Source of the DNA: Cenococcum geophilum
Taxonomy: Eukaryota
Assembly: GCA_050273025.1 (NCBI GenBank)
Contig: CP158635.1
Location: 31,310,001 to 31,374,000, forward strand
DNA: 64,000 bases
Direction: 5' to 3'
The notes under the pieces are model-generated. The model did no database searches. It saw only the letters and a program-made list of their open reading frames with translations, and was not told the origin of the DNA. Positions 28,801 to 41,190 of the stretch are shown piece after piece; the stretch's first letter is position 1; every line of letters starts with the position of its first letter. The position numbers and the translations under genes are program-made.

Positions 28801-29362
28801 TATACCCTTATAGTATTCTTTAAGCGCTAGGCCTTATAAATATCGTATAGCCGTACTATCTAGGCCTTAAATTCGCTCTGGAGGCTATAGGGGGAAAAGG
28901 CTAGGGGGGCTTCCGTTGACCGTAAAGTGGACTATAGGGTAAGGAGATTCTTAAAAGACTCTATATCCGTAAGAGGTAAGGGGGAGATGCGTAAGTACGG
29001 CGTGGGTAAATAAAGCTACCGAACGCGTAAATATCAAAGGAGAAGAAGGAGAAGAGGGCTCTATATTATACAATTATAATTACGGTAGGCCTTTCTATAT
29101 AAAATTAGAAGCCCCGCGCGAGCCAGCGCGGGCACGAAGATAGGAGAGGGTTGGAAAATGGATCGTTGAGGCGACGGTAAGGTCGAAGGCGCGCTAAGGC
29201 CCTCTATACTAACCTAGTACTAACCTAGGCCTCAAAAACGCGTCCGAAAAGTAGGGGCCACCACCAAAGGGGGGGGGTGATATTTGGACGATATGTCGCG
29301 GACCTTGGGGGGTCATGCGTAACCCGAGGTTATGCTAAGCCTAACCCGGACCTCCGATACCT
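25836..29362 (-). mobile_element. Crypton copy 3
   Basis: 3527-bp direct repeat; gypsy integrase resumes at 29363. Confidence 0.88.
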
Positions 29363-30608
29363 AATTACAGGCCGCAGTTTATATCAGCCTTCTAAAACGA
29401 GTTTACCCGGATCCTAAGTATTAAGCTAAAGCTCTCTATAGCATATTACCCTTAGACAGACGGTCAGACAGAGATTATAAATCAGTATTTAGACTAGAGA
29501 CTCCGGCCCTTTATTAACTACTTCTAGGATAACTAGTCTAAACTACTCCCCCTAATAGACTATGCCCAAGCGACCCTACCCTATAACTCCATAGGGTTTG
29601 CCCCTATTTAGCTAGGAATGGGCTACTTACCCTATATAAACTTTAACTAAAAAAAACCGGAAGAACCCTAGACTATACGCAAGAAACTATTCTATAGTAA
29701 GGCCTAGCAGTACGCCAAACGCTTAGAAGAGGCCTAGACGGTAGCCTATAAGAACTTAGAAAAAGCCTAGAGGTTAATAGAATAGTAGGCAAACAAACAC
29801 CACCGGGAACCTAACTTTGCCCCTAGTAATAGGGTCTAGGTTATAATAAAGAATTAGAGAACTAAACGGCCTAGCTATAAGCTAGACTACTAGATGGTAG
29901 GACTGTATAAGGTCCTAGAGAAGGTAGGCAACTTATATAAGGTAAAGCTCCCGGATTTAATCAGAGTTTACTCTATTTTCTCGCCGGATAGGTTACAGAA
30001 AGCTGTAAGTAACCCATTATCCGGGCAGAAGAACGAGCCTCCCCTACTAATTTAAGTTAGTGGCGATAATAAATAAGAAGTTAAGGAAATACTAGTATAT
30101 AAGCTAGTGCGAGGAGCGCTAAAATACCGTGTCTAATAGAAGGGCTATAACCCAGACCTAACCTAGTACCCCGCTTAGAACTTTATAGGCTACCCCTAAA
30201 AGCTTAAAGAGTTCTATAATCAATACCCTAACTTACCTAAACCCCTAAAGTACCTAGACGAGTAGATGGAATATTAGTATAATAAAGACGATAAATTACC
30301 GGAAGAGTATAGAGATAAGAACGCCCTAAGGCCTAAGGAACGAAGCCTACTATAACATATGGCCACCTAAATTTGCGCGTCACGTAAGGCCTTTAAATGT
30401 CCAGGAACTTCAACCACCGGTTAAAGTTCTCTAATTAGCCAGATCCTTGCTAAGAGTTTTAGCAGCTACCCTTTCCACTCTAGCGCTTCTACGTGACCTA
30501 CGGTCGCCTTATATACTTAGTCCGAACGCACTTACGTCTCCTTTTTTCTAGTTCTACTTCGTTTCTAATAAAGCCTAAAGGCAGGCTTTCTTTTAAAGGG
30601 GGGGGTGA

Positions 30609-30800
30609 TATTACGGCACCGTAACGCGTAACCTGGACAGGGAGCCTAGTCAGGGGTTCGGCTAAGGACTTGGCGTCATAACGCGTATATATTACGCCTC
30701 TACCTCCTATACATACCTCTCCTCTTCTCCTCAGCTTAGTATCTTCGTAATACAGCATTCTATAAGCTTCGGTTCAGAGGCATTTATACAAGCCGTAACA
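30609..30800 (+). repeat. 3' LTR of gypsy copy 2
   Basis: Follows the PPT; matches 14110-14301. Confidence 0.92.
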
Positions 30801-31028
30801 CAGTTAAAGTTATCTAATTAGTTAGATCCGTGCTAAGACTTTTAGCGGCTACTTTTTCTGGCCTAGTGCTTCTACGTAGCCTATAATCGCCCTTTATACT
30901 TAGTCTAGACGTACTTATATCCCCTTTATCTCCTTATCTTATATTTTATAATCCTACGTTTATAAGCCTAGTACTACCCTATTTCTAACTAAGCTTAAGG
31001 GCAGGCTTTCTTTTAAAGAGGGGGGTGA

Positions 31029-31238
31029 TATAACGGCGCTATTGTACATTACCTTCCAAATTCTGCCATATTCTGCTAACCTATAATTAGCTCGCCTAAA
31101 GCTAGCGCCTTAGCGGCTTACCCTATATATTTGTTTACATCGGTCCTAGCGACCCCTTTTCCTTTTCCTTAGCTTAGTATCTTCATAATATAGCATTCTA
31201 CAAGCTTTGGTTTAGAGGCATTTATACAAGCCGTAATA
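31029..31238 (+). repeat. 3' LTR of gypsy copy 1
   Basis: Follows PPT AAAGAGGGGGGTGA. Its 3' half matches the copy-2 LTR; its 5' half differs. Confidence 0.8.
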
Positions 31239-31546
31239 AGTCTAAGAGGTAGCTAAGTGGCTAGTATTAAAATAGAATAGGAAATAGTAGGTAAAAAGCT
31301 AAGCTTAGAAGATGAATATTAAAAAGTAAGCGGGATTAGGATTAGAGAAGTAGCTAGTTTATAGGAAAATAGGAGCAAAGCAAGAGGCGGCTATTGCTTT
31401 AAGTAGACTCTGGCCTTTAGGCAGCGTTATAGGCTATGCTATAGTTAGATTAATATTAATCGCTAGTAAGTGTTAGACAATACGAACCGCTCCCCTATAA
31501 GGCGATTAAGGGGGGGGGCTTATAGGCTAAGCGAGCAGAGCCTCTT

Positions 31547-34500
31547 TGTCAGAAATTAGCGATGAGGTGCTAACTAAGCTCTAGACACCTTGCGAGGTCA
31601 AGCTCTGCATGCAATCTAGATAGACATCAACCGCATCTACTACATCACAAATCAACCAATATTCATCGTCTGCGTCATCTCTATCATTAATTAGACCCTC
31701 AAGACTGCTCCGCTGTAACCTTATAACCTTGTATTTCTAATAGGTTATAAGCCCGGGTAGCAACACCTCTCCTAACTCAAAAATCGACCCCCAAAATGAC
31801 CTCCTCTACCTCAACCTTAACGACACCTACGTACGATTACAAGGCCGGTAAAATCGTCATTTTTAATGGAGATAACTTTGTAGACTAGGAGCGCACCTAC
31901 AAGGCAGCTCTAATTATATTAGAGGGCTAGGATTTTATTACTAGTGCAGAGGACCCAAATTAAGTTAATTTAACTGATAGAAGAAGAAGACAAGGGGAGG
32001 CAAACAAGATCATCTACAATTCAATAGGAGACGACCGTTAGGAAGAGATGCGTGCGATAATAAAGGCGTACGATATTTAGGGAATGTGGGAAGGAATAAA
32101 GAAGTTCAATAAGGCCAATAACGAGGTCTATATCTCTAGACTTTGCAAGGAGTTCTACAGCACTACATTCAACCCTACAAAGATGCGAATTGTTAAGTTC
32201 CTCCATATACTTAATCAATTTAAGATTAATCTAGCCTCAACGCCTCAAGCACTTACCAACGACGATATTAAAGAGCAGCTTCTCTTGGCCCTCCCAAGCA
32301 ATATCACCTGGCAGAATGCGAAGACCTAGTGCCTACGAGATAAACGAGACCTCAAGAGCTGCATTACCCTTCTTTAGGAGCATAAGACTGCTCTTCCTAC
32401 ACAAGCACAGACCGCAGCACTTGTACACAAGAGGAAAGACGAACCTAGGGGGAGAAGGGGAAACCGAGGTTAAGGTTAAACAAGGGGCAGAGGCCGTAGT
32501 AGATTTAATCATTCCTTATCACATTATCGCCATAGCTCGTCGTCTTAAGTAACCAAAGAGCCAAAATAACCAGAAAGAGACGAGTGCAGAGTATATTATT
32601 AGAAAGGTTACTACCAAAAAGACTGCCCCCTACTTAAGCAATTCCGATTTAACAACGCTAGGAAAGACAGATTAAGGTGCTCCTAAGGCAGAGGAAGTAG
32701 GAAATATAGTAATAGCTAAAGACGAATTCGACAGCAATTTAATCTACCTTAACCCTAACCCTAAACATACTATACTTACAACGACGTCTCTAGCTTAGGC
32801 TCTCAACTTAGGTGCAACTAAGTACTTCACTAGTAACCAATCAGACCTAATATATTTAAAGAGATAGAATACACCTCGACAGGTCCGTACTGCAAATAGG
32901 ATTATTATCCCTGCTATAGGCTATGGCCAAGCTTAAATCGGTACCCTAAAGCTAAAAGACGTCTGGCTTATACCTTCGTTTAAGACAATTAAGCTAATCT
33001 TAGTAAGGACCCTTACTTAGAAAGGCTACTTAATTATATTTAACCCAGACGATTAAGCTACTGGCAAGCATAAATTAGGCGCGACATTCAAGGCTATTAT
33101 AAAGAACAACCTCTACGTACTATAAGAGCATCAGGAAGCACTCAATGCGACGGCGGAAGTATACAATTTACAACCAAATCTCAATGAAACAGATGCTGAC
33201 CTATGGCATCGCCGAACTAGATATACGAATTACAGTAATCTGTTTAAGCTATAGCACTCCTCACTAGGCATAAGGCTTAGGAAGAGAGCAGTACCTATTA
33301 GTAAAAGCACATACGAAGCTTGTCTAGCTGGCAAGATATAAGAAATACTAAGTAAGAAGACAACTAAGCGCGAGAAGATACCTAGTTAAGGGCTATACCT
33401 AGATACTACGGGACGAATCGGTACATTAATCAGAGGTTATAACTACTACCTCCTAGCCCTAAATAACGCCATACGCTATACCTAGGTTATTCCTCTTAAA
33501 ACCCTCTAAATTAAAGAGGTACTACCGCATATCAAAGAGATTATCGCAAGGGTAGAGAGATTTACTGGTAATAGAGCTATCTGGATTCGAGCAAATAATA
33601 AAAAGGAGGAGTTCGGCCGCAGACTTTAAGACGAATTAATATCTTAGGGTATTAATTTTAAACCTTATCCGCCATATAAGCACTTATACAATAGCATAAT
33701 CAAACACGCGATCTACACAGTTAACTATAAAATAAGGTTACTGCTATTTTAAGGAAATATACTAGTAGAGCTCTAGTGCTACGCAGTTAAGCATACTATC
33801 TGGATTAAGAATCAAATACCGACCTTAGCACTTCCATTTAACGACAAGCACAATAGTGCTATTATACCCTATAAGGTATATACCTAACAAGTACCTAACC
33901 TTAAAAATCTAGTTATCTTTAGGTGTTATACCAACCTAATTAATACGCTTAAGAAACACCCTAGAAAGTATAATTTAAGGATGAAACCTAACTACGTTTT
34001 TATGGGGTTAAAAGGGAGTAGTTAATTTAAGATAATAAACCTATATACGCAAGTAATTAAGCTCTTTAGAGATGCTAAAGTAAATAAGTATAGGTTCCCT
34101 TATAGAGCACGTTAGGTATATACTATAAGTTAAGCTACAAGACACGGTAACCAAGTAGGCCGCTCTAATCAAGTAGGAAGCCTAGATTAAGATTAAGTAA
34201 GACGCTTAAATTACGCTATAAGCCAAGCTCTAAACCAACCTATACCTCCCTCTACTACCTTAAACGCGCCAATAAAGACTCTAGTTACAAGAACTATAAG
34301 TAGGCTAGATAGTAACCAAATAGGCCGCTCTAATTAAGTAGGAAGCCTAGGTTAAGACTAAGTAGGCCACTCTAACCAAGTAGGAAGCCTAGGTTAAGAT
34401 TAAGTGGGACGCTTAAATCTACAAGGTAATACCAAGGGTAGGACGCCTATACAAAGCATATTAATACATATTCCTCATACGCAAAGAATAAGGTCTAGAA

Positions 34501-36559
34501 GGTTACTAAATATAAAAGTTTTTTAATAATACGGTGGTTTAGTTAGTAATAGCTATAAAAGCTATCCATTTAGAACCTAAGAACACTACCTCCTTAAAAG
34601 CACTTACAGCACCTTTTAACGCTATTAAGTTAGATCAGGCCTTAAGGGAGGACGCTCCTAGCTAGATAAAAGCTATCTTTAAAGAATTCCTCTCACTTAA
34701 GAGGATGCACACCTATACTATTATAAGGGGGAGAGTACTAGAAGGAAGGTTATTACTCCTAAGTAAGCTAGTACTAAAGCACAAATACAATACCAAGGGA
34801 GAAGTAATTCGTAAGAAGGCAAGACTGTATATTCGGGAAAATAAGCAGACCCCCAACATCAACTATTTTAAAACATTTACGTCTATTATACAATACGACA
34901 CCTTTAGGTTCTTAATGGCAAAGGTAGCAGCTAAAGACCTTAAACTTAACCATATCAACGTTAAAACTGCATTCTTAAACCCGCCGTTACAAGAAAAGAT
35001 CTATATATAGATCCCTAACCTATTAAGAGATTTTAAACCTAACCTTAAGGGGGTAAAGGACATCTACTTAAAGCTAAATAAGTTACTTTACGGCCTAAAG
35101 CAGGTACTAAGAGAATGGTTTTAGATAGTTAAGAAGTTCTTTAAGAATATAGGTTTAAAAGCAGCTGAAGCTGACCCTAATCTCTTTATAAAAAATAAAG
35201 TATATATCTTGCTATTTATTAACAATATGCTAATTATAGGAAAGCGCCGATACCTTAATATCACGAAGATAAGAATCTTAAGAGAATGGAGATATAAAGA
35301 CCTAGGTCCTATAGAAGTATTCATAAGCTTCTAAATTAATTGAGACCGTACGAACCGAACCCTTAAGCTATATTAGACGATGTACATTAAGAAGCTACTC
35401 GAACGGCTAAAAATGGATAACTATAATCCGGCTAAGCTACTGATACCAATAGGTACTGTTCTAAAGCCCGATATTAAAAGCCTCCTTAAGTACGACGATA
35501 CGATAGTCTACCGACAGATTATTAGCTCTATGATCTACCTCTTAAACTACACACGTCCTAATACCAGCTACGCTGTCGGTTAGTTAGCTAGATTTATAGC
35601 AGCACTAGGAGAATCGCATTACCGTTTAAGCAAGCAGCTACTACGATATCTAAACGGCACTCTTAAAACTAGAATTACCTTCTTAAATTAAAAGATTTAC
35701 CTTCCTCTATGCAAGCTTACGTTAACTAACTTACCTACTAGCTATAGTATCTTTACTAACGCCATATAGGGAACAGAATATAATTGGATATTATTCTAGG
35801 GTATAGCAGTTATACGCTATAGGGGAGCAGTAATCTAAATAGCTTAAAGACAGAAGTTAACGGCATTAAGTTTAATGGAAGCAGAGATTATGGCAGCGTT
35901 AGAAGGAGCAAGGTTAGTAGTATGGCTTAAGAAGCTAACGAGAGATCTAGGGGAGAGAGACGACGACGACGACGACCCTTTTGTCCCTACGCTATATTGC
36001 GACAATAAGGGTACGGTAGACCTTTTATACAACATAAAACACTACTAGAAAGCCAAGCATATCGAGACTCGATACCTCTTTATACGAAATAATATGGTTC
36101 AGCAAGGTTAACTAGAAGTGGTATATATACTAGGTAAAGATTAACCTAGAGATATACTTATAAAACAGCTACTAATTAACCAATTTATAAAGCACTGTAT
36201 AACGCTAGGAATTAATAGCTAACGGAGCAAGTGACAGAGGTTTTTCGCCTACTATAGGTTTTCCCTCCGTATATAGGCCGAATGGCACTTGCAAGGTATT
36301 TAGGAATAGCTTTATTATTACCTATTTAGGACAGACGAGGAGAGCGTCGTTAGCATGGGGGAGTGTCAGAAATTAGCGATGAGGTGCTGACTAAGCTCTG
36401 GACACCTTGCGAGGTCAAGCTCTGCATGCAATCTAGATAGACATCAACCGCATCTACTGCATCACGAATCAACCAATATTCATCGTCTGCGTCATCTCTA
36501 TCATCAATTAGACCCTCAAGACTGCTCCGCTGTGACCTTATGACCTTGTATTTCCAACA
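31547..36559 (+). mobile_element. Ty1/copia LTR retrotransposon, full length, RIP-inactivated
   Basis: 196-bp LTRs at 31547-31742 and 36364-36559; TSD CTCTT on both sides; PBS GGTTAT(A)AGCCC; PPT before 36364. Order is gag-PR-IN-RT-RH, with KKARL, NVKTAFLN, LYGLKQ, LYCDN and KHIETRY motifs. Confidence 0.95.
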
Positions 36560-37144
36560 CTCTTTAAAGCGGTAATAAGTTAGGGCCTAAGCGAGGTAAA
36601 AACGTCGCCAAAAGCGGCGGCCAAACACCCCTAAAAACGGATGCATTTTCACCACCATATGTATTTATATAGGAATATAAGAAATATACTAACGTACTAA
36701 TATACTAACGTACCTAGTATATTTTTTAGGCGCGGTATTATATATTTAAAGGACTATAGTCTTTACTTAGATAGTTCTCTTCTTTATAGTAAATCTTAGA
36801 ATATAATTAGAGTTAATCTATTAGGTAACCTACTTTACTAGTTATATTTATATTATTAACTATTCTATACCTATATACCTAGCCCTTTAATAAGTCTACT
36901 ATGGTATTTCCTATAAGGCTTTATTATATATTTACTACTAAGGTTACAGTAAAGGAAGTTAAATAATATACTATCTAAAGTACTAGTTATAACGCTATCT
37001 ACAGCAGCAACTACTTTAGAATTAGGAGGAGATATTAATATATAGGATAATAACCTAGTAGTAGTTATAATAAACTAGCTTAGGAGTGTTATAGAGCAAA
37101 ATAATACTAATAATTAGGTATTACTTTAATAACTATCCCTTACT

Positions 37145-39323
37145 ACGGTGGTATCCAATATAAAAGTGGCCCGTGCGCGAATACTAAAAACATTAGGACT
37201 AAAATAACGCGTATATCTATATTGATTTTAATACTTTATTATCTACCACTATGCCTTTTAATTGTACTTCTGATGACGTAGATCTTATTTGACCTCCTTA
37301 ATATAACGTTCCACCTTATAGGACTGCCAAAAAACTACCCCTAGAGCCCTGGCCGTTGCCCGATTTCACCCCCCTTAATATTAACAATTAGCACCTTAAT
37401 GGCAAGCTAAATCTCCTCCCTACGGTTAATCTATACGATCCCTATTAAATATAGAGCCAGTTTTTACAGACGAGATATTTAATAAGCTGACTGCTTAGAC
37501 AAATAAGTATGCAGAGCTTTATTCGGTAGAGCAGAAAGAGGATTTAAAGCGCCCACGCTAATGGAAGCCAATATATAGGGAGGAACTCTACGCGTACTTT
37601 GCAGTGCTTATTTATATAGGAATACACTCTAAACCTTACATTAAAGACTACTAGGGTAATTTAGAAATAAATAAAACAGAGTATATTGTTAAAAAAATAT
37701 ATAAGCCTTATTAGATTTTAGCAAATTAACCGCTACTTCTAAGCCTCTAAACTATAGCTAAAAGATAATCCTATACCTAAAACTATATGTAATAGGGTTT
37801 ATAAGCTTAATAAGCACCTTCGGATTACTTATAGGAAGCTTTATACGCCTAAAGCCTACCTTACTATTAACAAAACAATTAAGCGCTTTATGGGCTATGC
37901 CCCTAAGATTCTTACTATACCAAATAAACCAATACTAGAAGGCTTTAAAATATGAATTCTGGCCTATAAGGGCTATATACTAGACTGGTTATAGCATACT
38001 AATAGCAATAAGAACGGCCTAGTTAATCTAGATATACATTGAATAAAGAACGAAGGCTTTTTAAAGACGTAGGCAGTAGTACTAGACCTGCTTCTATAGG
38101 AAGATATAGAAACCGGTAAACGACTCTATCCACCAAATAAGCACGTTATTTAGCTTGATAACCTCTTTATAAGCGTTAAGCTGCTTATACAGCTTAGGGA
38201 GTTTAGGATTAAAGGCGCAGAAACCGTCCAAACAACTAAAACACAGCGTATGAAGCAGGGCGATATTAAGATTAATATAACTATAGGAGGAAGAAAGAAG
38301 AAGGTCCCTACTAAGCAGATTAACCGTATGCTCGTAGAGCTTAAATTAACACACTTAGCTTAAATACCATGGGGTACGTTGTACGGGACGGTCTCTAAAA
38401 ATAAGCAGGTAATGGAGTTGCTTAAAAGGACGCTAATATAGTGCTTTTTATGGGTACTGTTAACGATGGTAAGTTTTACACCTTAACCATAAAGCTTAAA
38501 AGCTAATAACGTTATACATTACCAGGTCGCTACTCTATAATTACATAATAACAACGCCCTCCCCTTACTGTTAGCAGCGCCAGACAGACTTAAAAGGTCT
38601 TTAGTAATGAGCCTAAAAAGGATCTATCTATTCCCAACTTTATTTCTAACTATAATAGCTATATATATGGCGTTAATACAGCGGATTAAATGCGCTTATA
38701 TTATAATACTTAGAGAGTTTACCGGAAGACGTAAAGGCCACTATTCTACTTCCTACTTAATACAGTAATTAGGAACTACTTTTTACTGTCGTCCTATGGC
38801 TCTACAGAGAGTAAAGGAAGTTGTAATAACACCTATAAGCAGTTCCGAACGGATCTCGTCAAAGCTCTATTCTATTGCTTAATTCAAAAGCAGCAGCCAC
38901 GCGGTCAATCTACACCCTGACGCTCTACCAACGATATTATATAGTATCCTGTAGGGGAGCATAAGCTAATAAAACTATAGACAAAGCCGTAGAACTGCTC
39001 AGTTTGTATAGAGGCTAGTAGGACGACTTAGAAGGAGCATATTTGACAAAGGAAGCCTCTTAGTAAGCTCTTAACAAATACTACAAGGAAGCTTCGCGAT
39101 AGTAAGAATTGGAGGAGGCGTCGGCGTGCTCCAAAGACTCTAGTTGGCTGCAATCTATGCCAAATACCGTTCTGTATAACGGGCGATTGCTAGAGGACGC
39201 ATATTAAGCAACTCAACACCAGAGAGTAACTGTAGATATTAGTTTTGTATAGTAATTTTGGTGTATTTACAACTGCATATTTTTAATCACTAAAGGAAGA
39301 TTTAGCTGATTTGATTGGTTTAA
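37145..39323 (+). mobile_element. piggyBac-family (DDE_Tnp_1_7) transposase relic; termini unresolved
   Basis: Motifs T/AINKTI.RFMG, PNKP..EGFKIW, VI*LDNLF and YN.Y.YGVN.AD*MR, plus a Cys-rich C-terminus. Probable GTAAG..CAG intron at about 38469-38525. Confidence 0.8.
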
Positions 39324-39805
39324 TCCTTATTAATAACGTTAGATATAAACCACTATAGCAAGGGATAAGATATAAAGAGAGAAAAGATTAAAATACTATT
39401 AATTAAAAGATTCTTAGAAGAAAAGTATAAGTTAAAGGGATTCTTTACTTAAATAAAGCTAAAAATCCAATATAAAGGGACTAAGTTAAAATAGGTAGTG
39501 GGTTAAGTAGTATATACAGGACTATTTCTAATAGGTAAGATACTAGAGTGGTTTAAACCTTATCTTATAGAGATATAGGCTAATAGATTAGTAACTACTA
39601 ACTTAGAGGTATAGTATATGTTTTTAAGCTAGGAAAAATTTGCTAGTAAACTAATATAGATATATAGAGATCTGGAATTAATAGCAATAGCTAAGGGAAA
39701 GCTATATTAACTTATATAGAAGGGATTAGTAATAGACTATATAATATAGTTCTAGATACTAATAGCGCAGACTAAGTAAAACTAAGGGGCGTTAATGGCT
39801 TAGTA

Positions 39806-40819
39806 GTAGTAGTTCTTTAATTAACGTCTAATACGGATCCTATCTAGGCCCACGCAGACTACTCCATTACAGGGGGAAAACTTATATATTTACAGGAAGA
39901 AAACCCTACAGTTAGGTTAGGGGAGGAAAAACCCTATAAGCTACCTCAGTAGGATAAAAAACCCCAATTTGCCATGTCCGTCCGTAGCGGCAGCCCTACA
40001 GGCCTACGGCTACGTCCTGTCTCCTTAGATGTTTTAAACTCCTTAGGTACCACTACTTCCCTCTCTAGCTTATCCTAAGCTAGGGTTTACTACGTCCTAG
40101 CCAGGCCTTACCAATCAATCGCCGTATATTATTATTGTCGTTTCCCATATTATTAACCGTCCCCTATATGCTATCTCTTATTAACTATTACTATATACAC
40201 CATGCCTCCCCCCCCCTAGGGCCTATTAAAGGCATAAGGGGGATTCATCCGTTCTAACCACCTAATACTAAACAGCGAGCGGGATATGTGTGTATATACT
40301 CCGGGTATCTTTTACGCCTAGGCCCCAGTTACTAGGCCCTCTCTAAGGGTCACCACTCCGTTAAGAGGAGATGAGGATAACCATATCTTGTAATCCAGCT
40401 GCCAGTTAGTACAGCAGTAAGGCGGCAAGTAACCGCATACTCCGCGGGCGATCGCCCTAGGGGTTAAAAGGGGCCGTATATTTGCTCATTCGTTCGTTTA
40501 TCCACGTTTATTCGTTAATATAAGGTTATTAATACTTTTAATTAGGGGTTAGGGGACGTTGGATTCCGTATATATCTATAAGGATTACACAGGGTTAGAA
40601 TAGGAGAATAGTGTAGTAGCTAAATTGTAGAGGGCCAACAGTAGTGGTTTTCGAGATCTCACCATCTGAAAATTTTTCACCACCGCCCACAACGCTCACA
40701 ACCACCACCAGGTCCTACCCGCAGCTGTGCGACGTCTCTGCGTTGGCTCTACTGAGTCCGAAGACCAGTAGGTTCGTAGGCCTCACCACGTACAGGTGCA
40801 GAGTCCGATTTCGAGGACC
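39806..40819 (-). mobile_element. About 1-kb non-coding non-LTR retroposon (SINE-like) with a 5' ribozyme and (CTA)n tail
   Basis: 12-bp TSD AATGGCTTAGTA at 39794-39805 and 40820-40831. Short (TAG)n tail on the + strand at 39801-39812. It interrupts the gag frame and has no recognisable protein motif. Confidence 0.85.
40736..40819 (-). ncRNA. HDV-like self-cleaving ribozyme
   Basis: Minus strand reads P1 GGUCCUC / J1/2 GAAAUCGGA / P2 CUCUGC / P3 ACC / L3 UGUACGU / P3' GGU / P1' GAGGCCU / P1.1' AC / GAAC / P4 CUACUGGUC-UUCG-GACUCAGUAG / J4/2 AGCCAAC / P2' GCAGAG. G1 abuts the TSD. Confidence 0.85.
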
Positions 40820-41190
40820 AATGGCTTAGTATAGAAGGGGACTAAAGGCTAAAGTTTAAGCGACTATAATACTAATAGACGACCTAAATAATATAAGAGA
40901 GCTAATTAAGCAAGCTATTAAGGTAGATAACCGGCTATACTAAAGTAAGAAGTTATTTGGGGTATGCTAAGACTTATCGCGATAAGATTTATCTAAAACC
41001 ACTCTTCAACGTAAACGCAAGATTATTCATGCTGGTCAACGTGTCTGATGCTCCTCGCCGAGCACCCTCTTTCTCGTCTCCGTCATTTACATCTGTAGCT
41101 CTTCTGCTTCCTTCCACCACCCCCAATTCTAGTACGTCAAGGTTATGTAGGTAAAGTGCACACTGCACTTAAACAATAGTACTAATCTAT

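Larger units (their letters stand above)
14110..30800 (+). mobile_element. Ty3/gypsy chromovirus copy 2, full length, nested in the 3' UTR of copy 1
   Basis: 192-bp LTRs at 14110-14301 and 30609-30800; PPT AAAGGGGGGGGTGA; TSD CGATT/CAGTT (both derivable from CGGTT). Gag, PR, RT (YLDD at about 17265), RH, IN and chromodomain present. Integrase is split at 18780/29363. Confidence 0.92.
7704..31238 (+). mobile_element. Ty3/gypsy chromovirus copy 1 (5'-truncated, RIP-degenerate), host to nested insertions
   Basis: Gag zinc knuckle at about 7725, protease ALINT(R/G), RT YLDDILIY at about 11525, RNase H, integrase and chromodomain to about 14020. Its 3' UTR resumes at 30801, with a PPT at about 31015 and a 3' LTR at 31029-31238. 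Confidence 0.85.
36989..40950 (+). pseudogene. Gag fragment of a third Ty3/gypsy family, split by two insertions; ends approximate
   Basis: 39380-39805 reads KIK...KLKGFFT*IKLKI...GLFL..K.LEWFKPYL. It continues after 40820 (MA*YRRGLK...AIKVDNRLY). Confidence 0.65.

Noticed and set aside
39913..40553. Isolated TTAGGG motifs
   Set aside because: Too few and scattered to be a telomeric tract.
40644..40829. 61-aa ORF
   Set aside because: It is antisense to the ribozyme and retroposon head and crosses the TSD.
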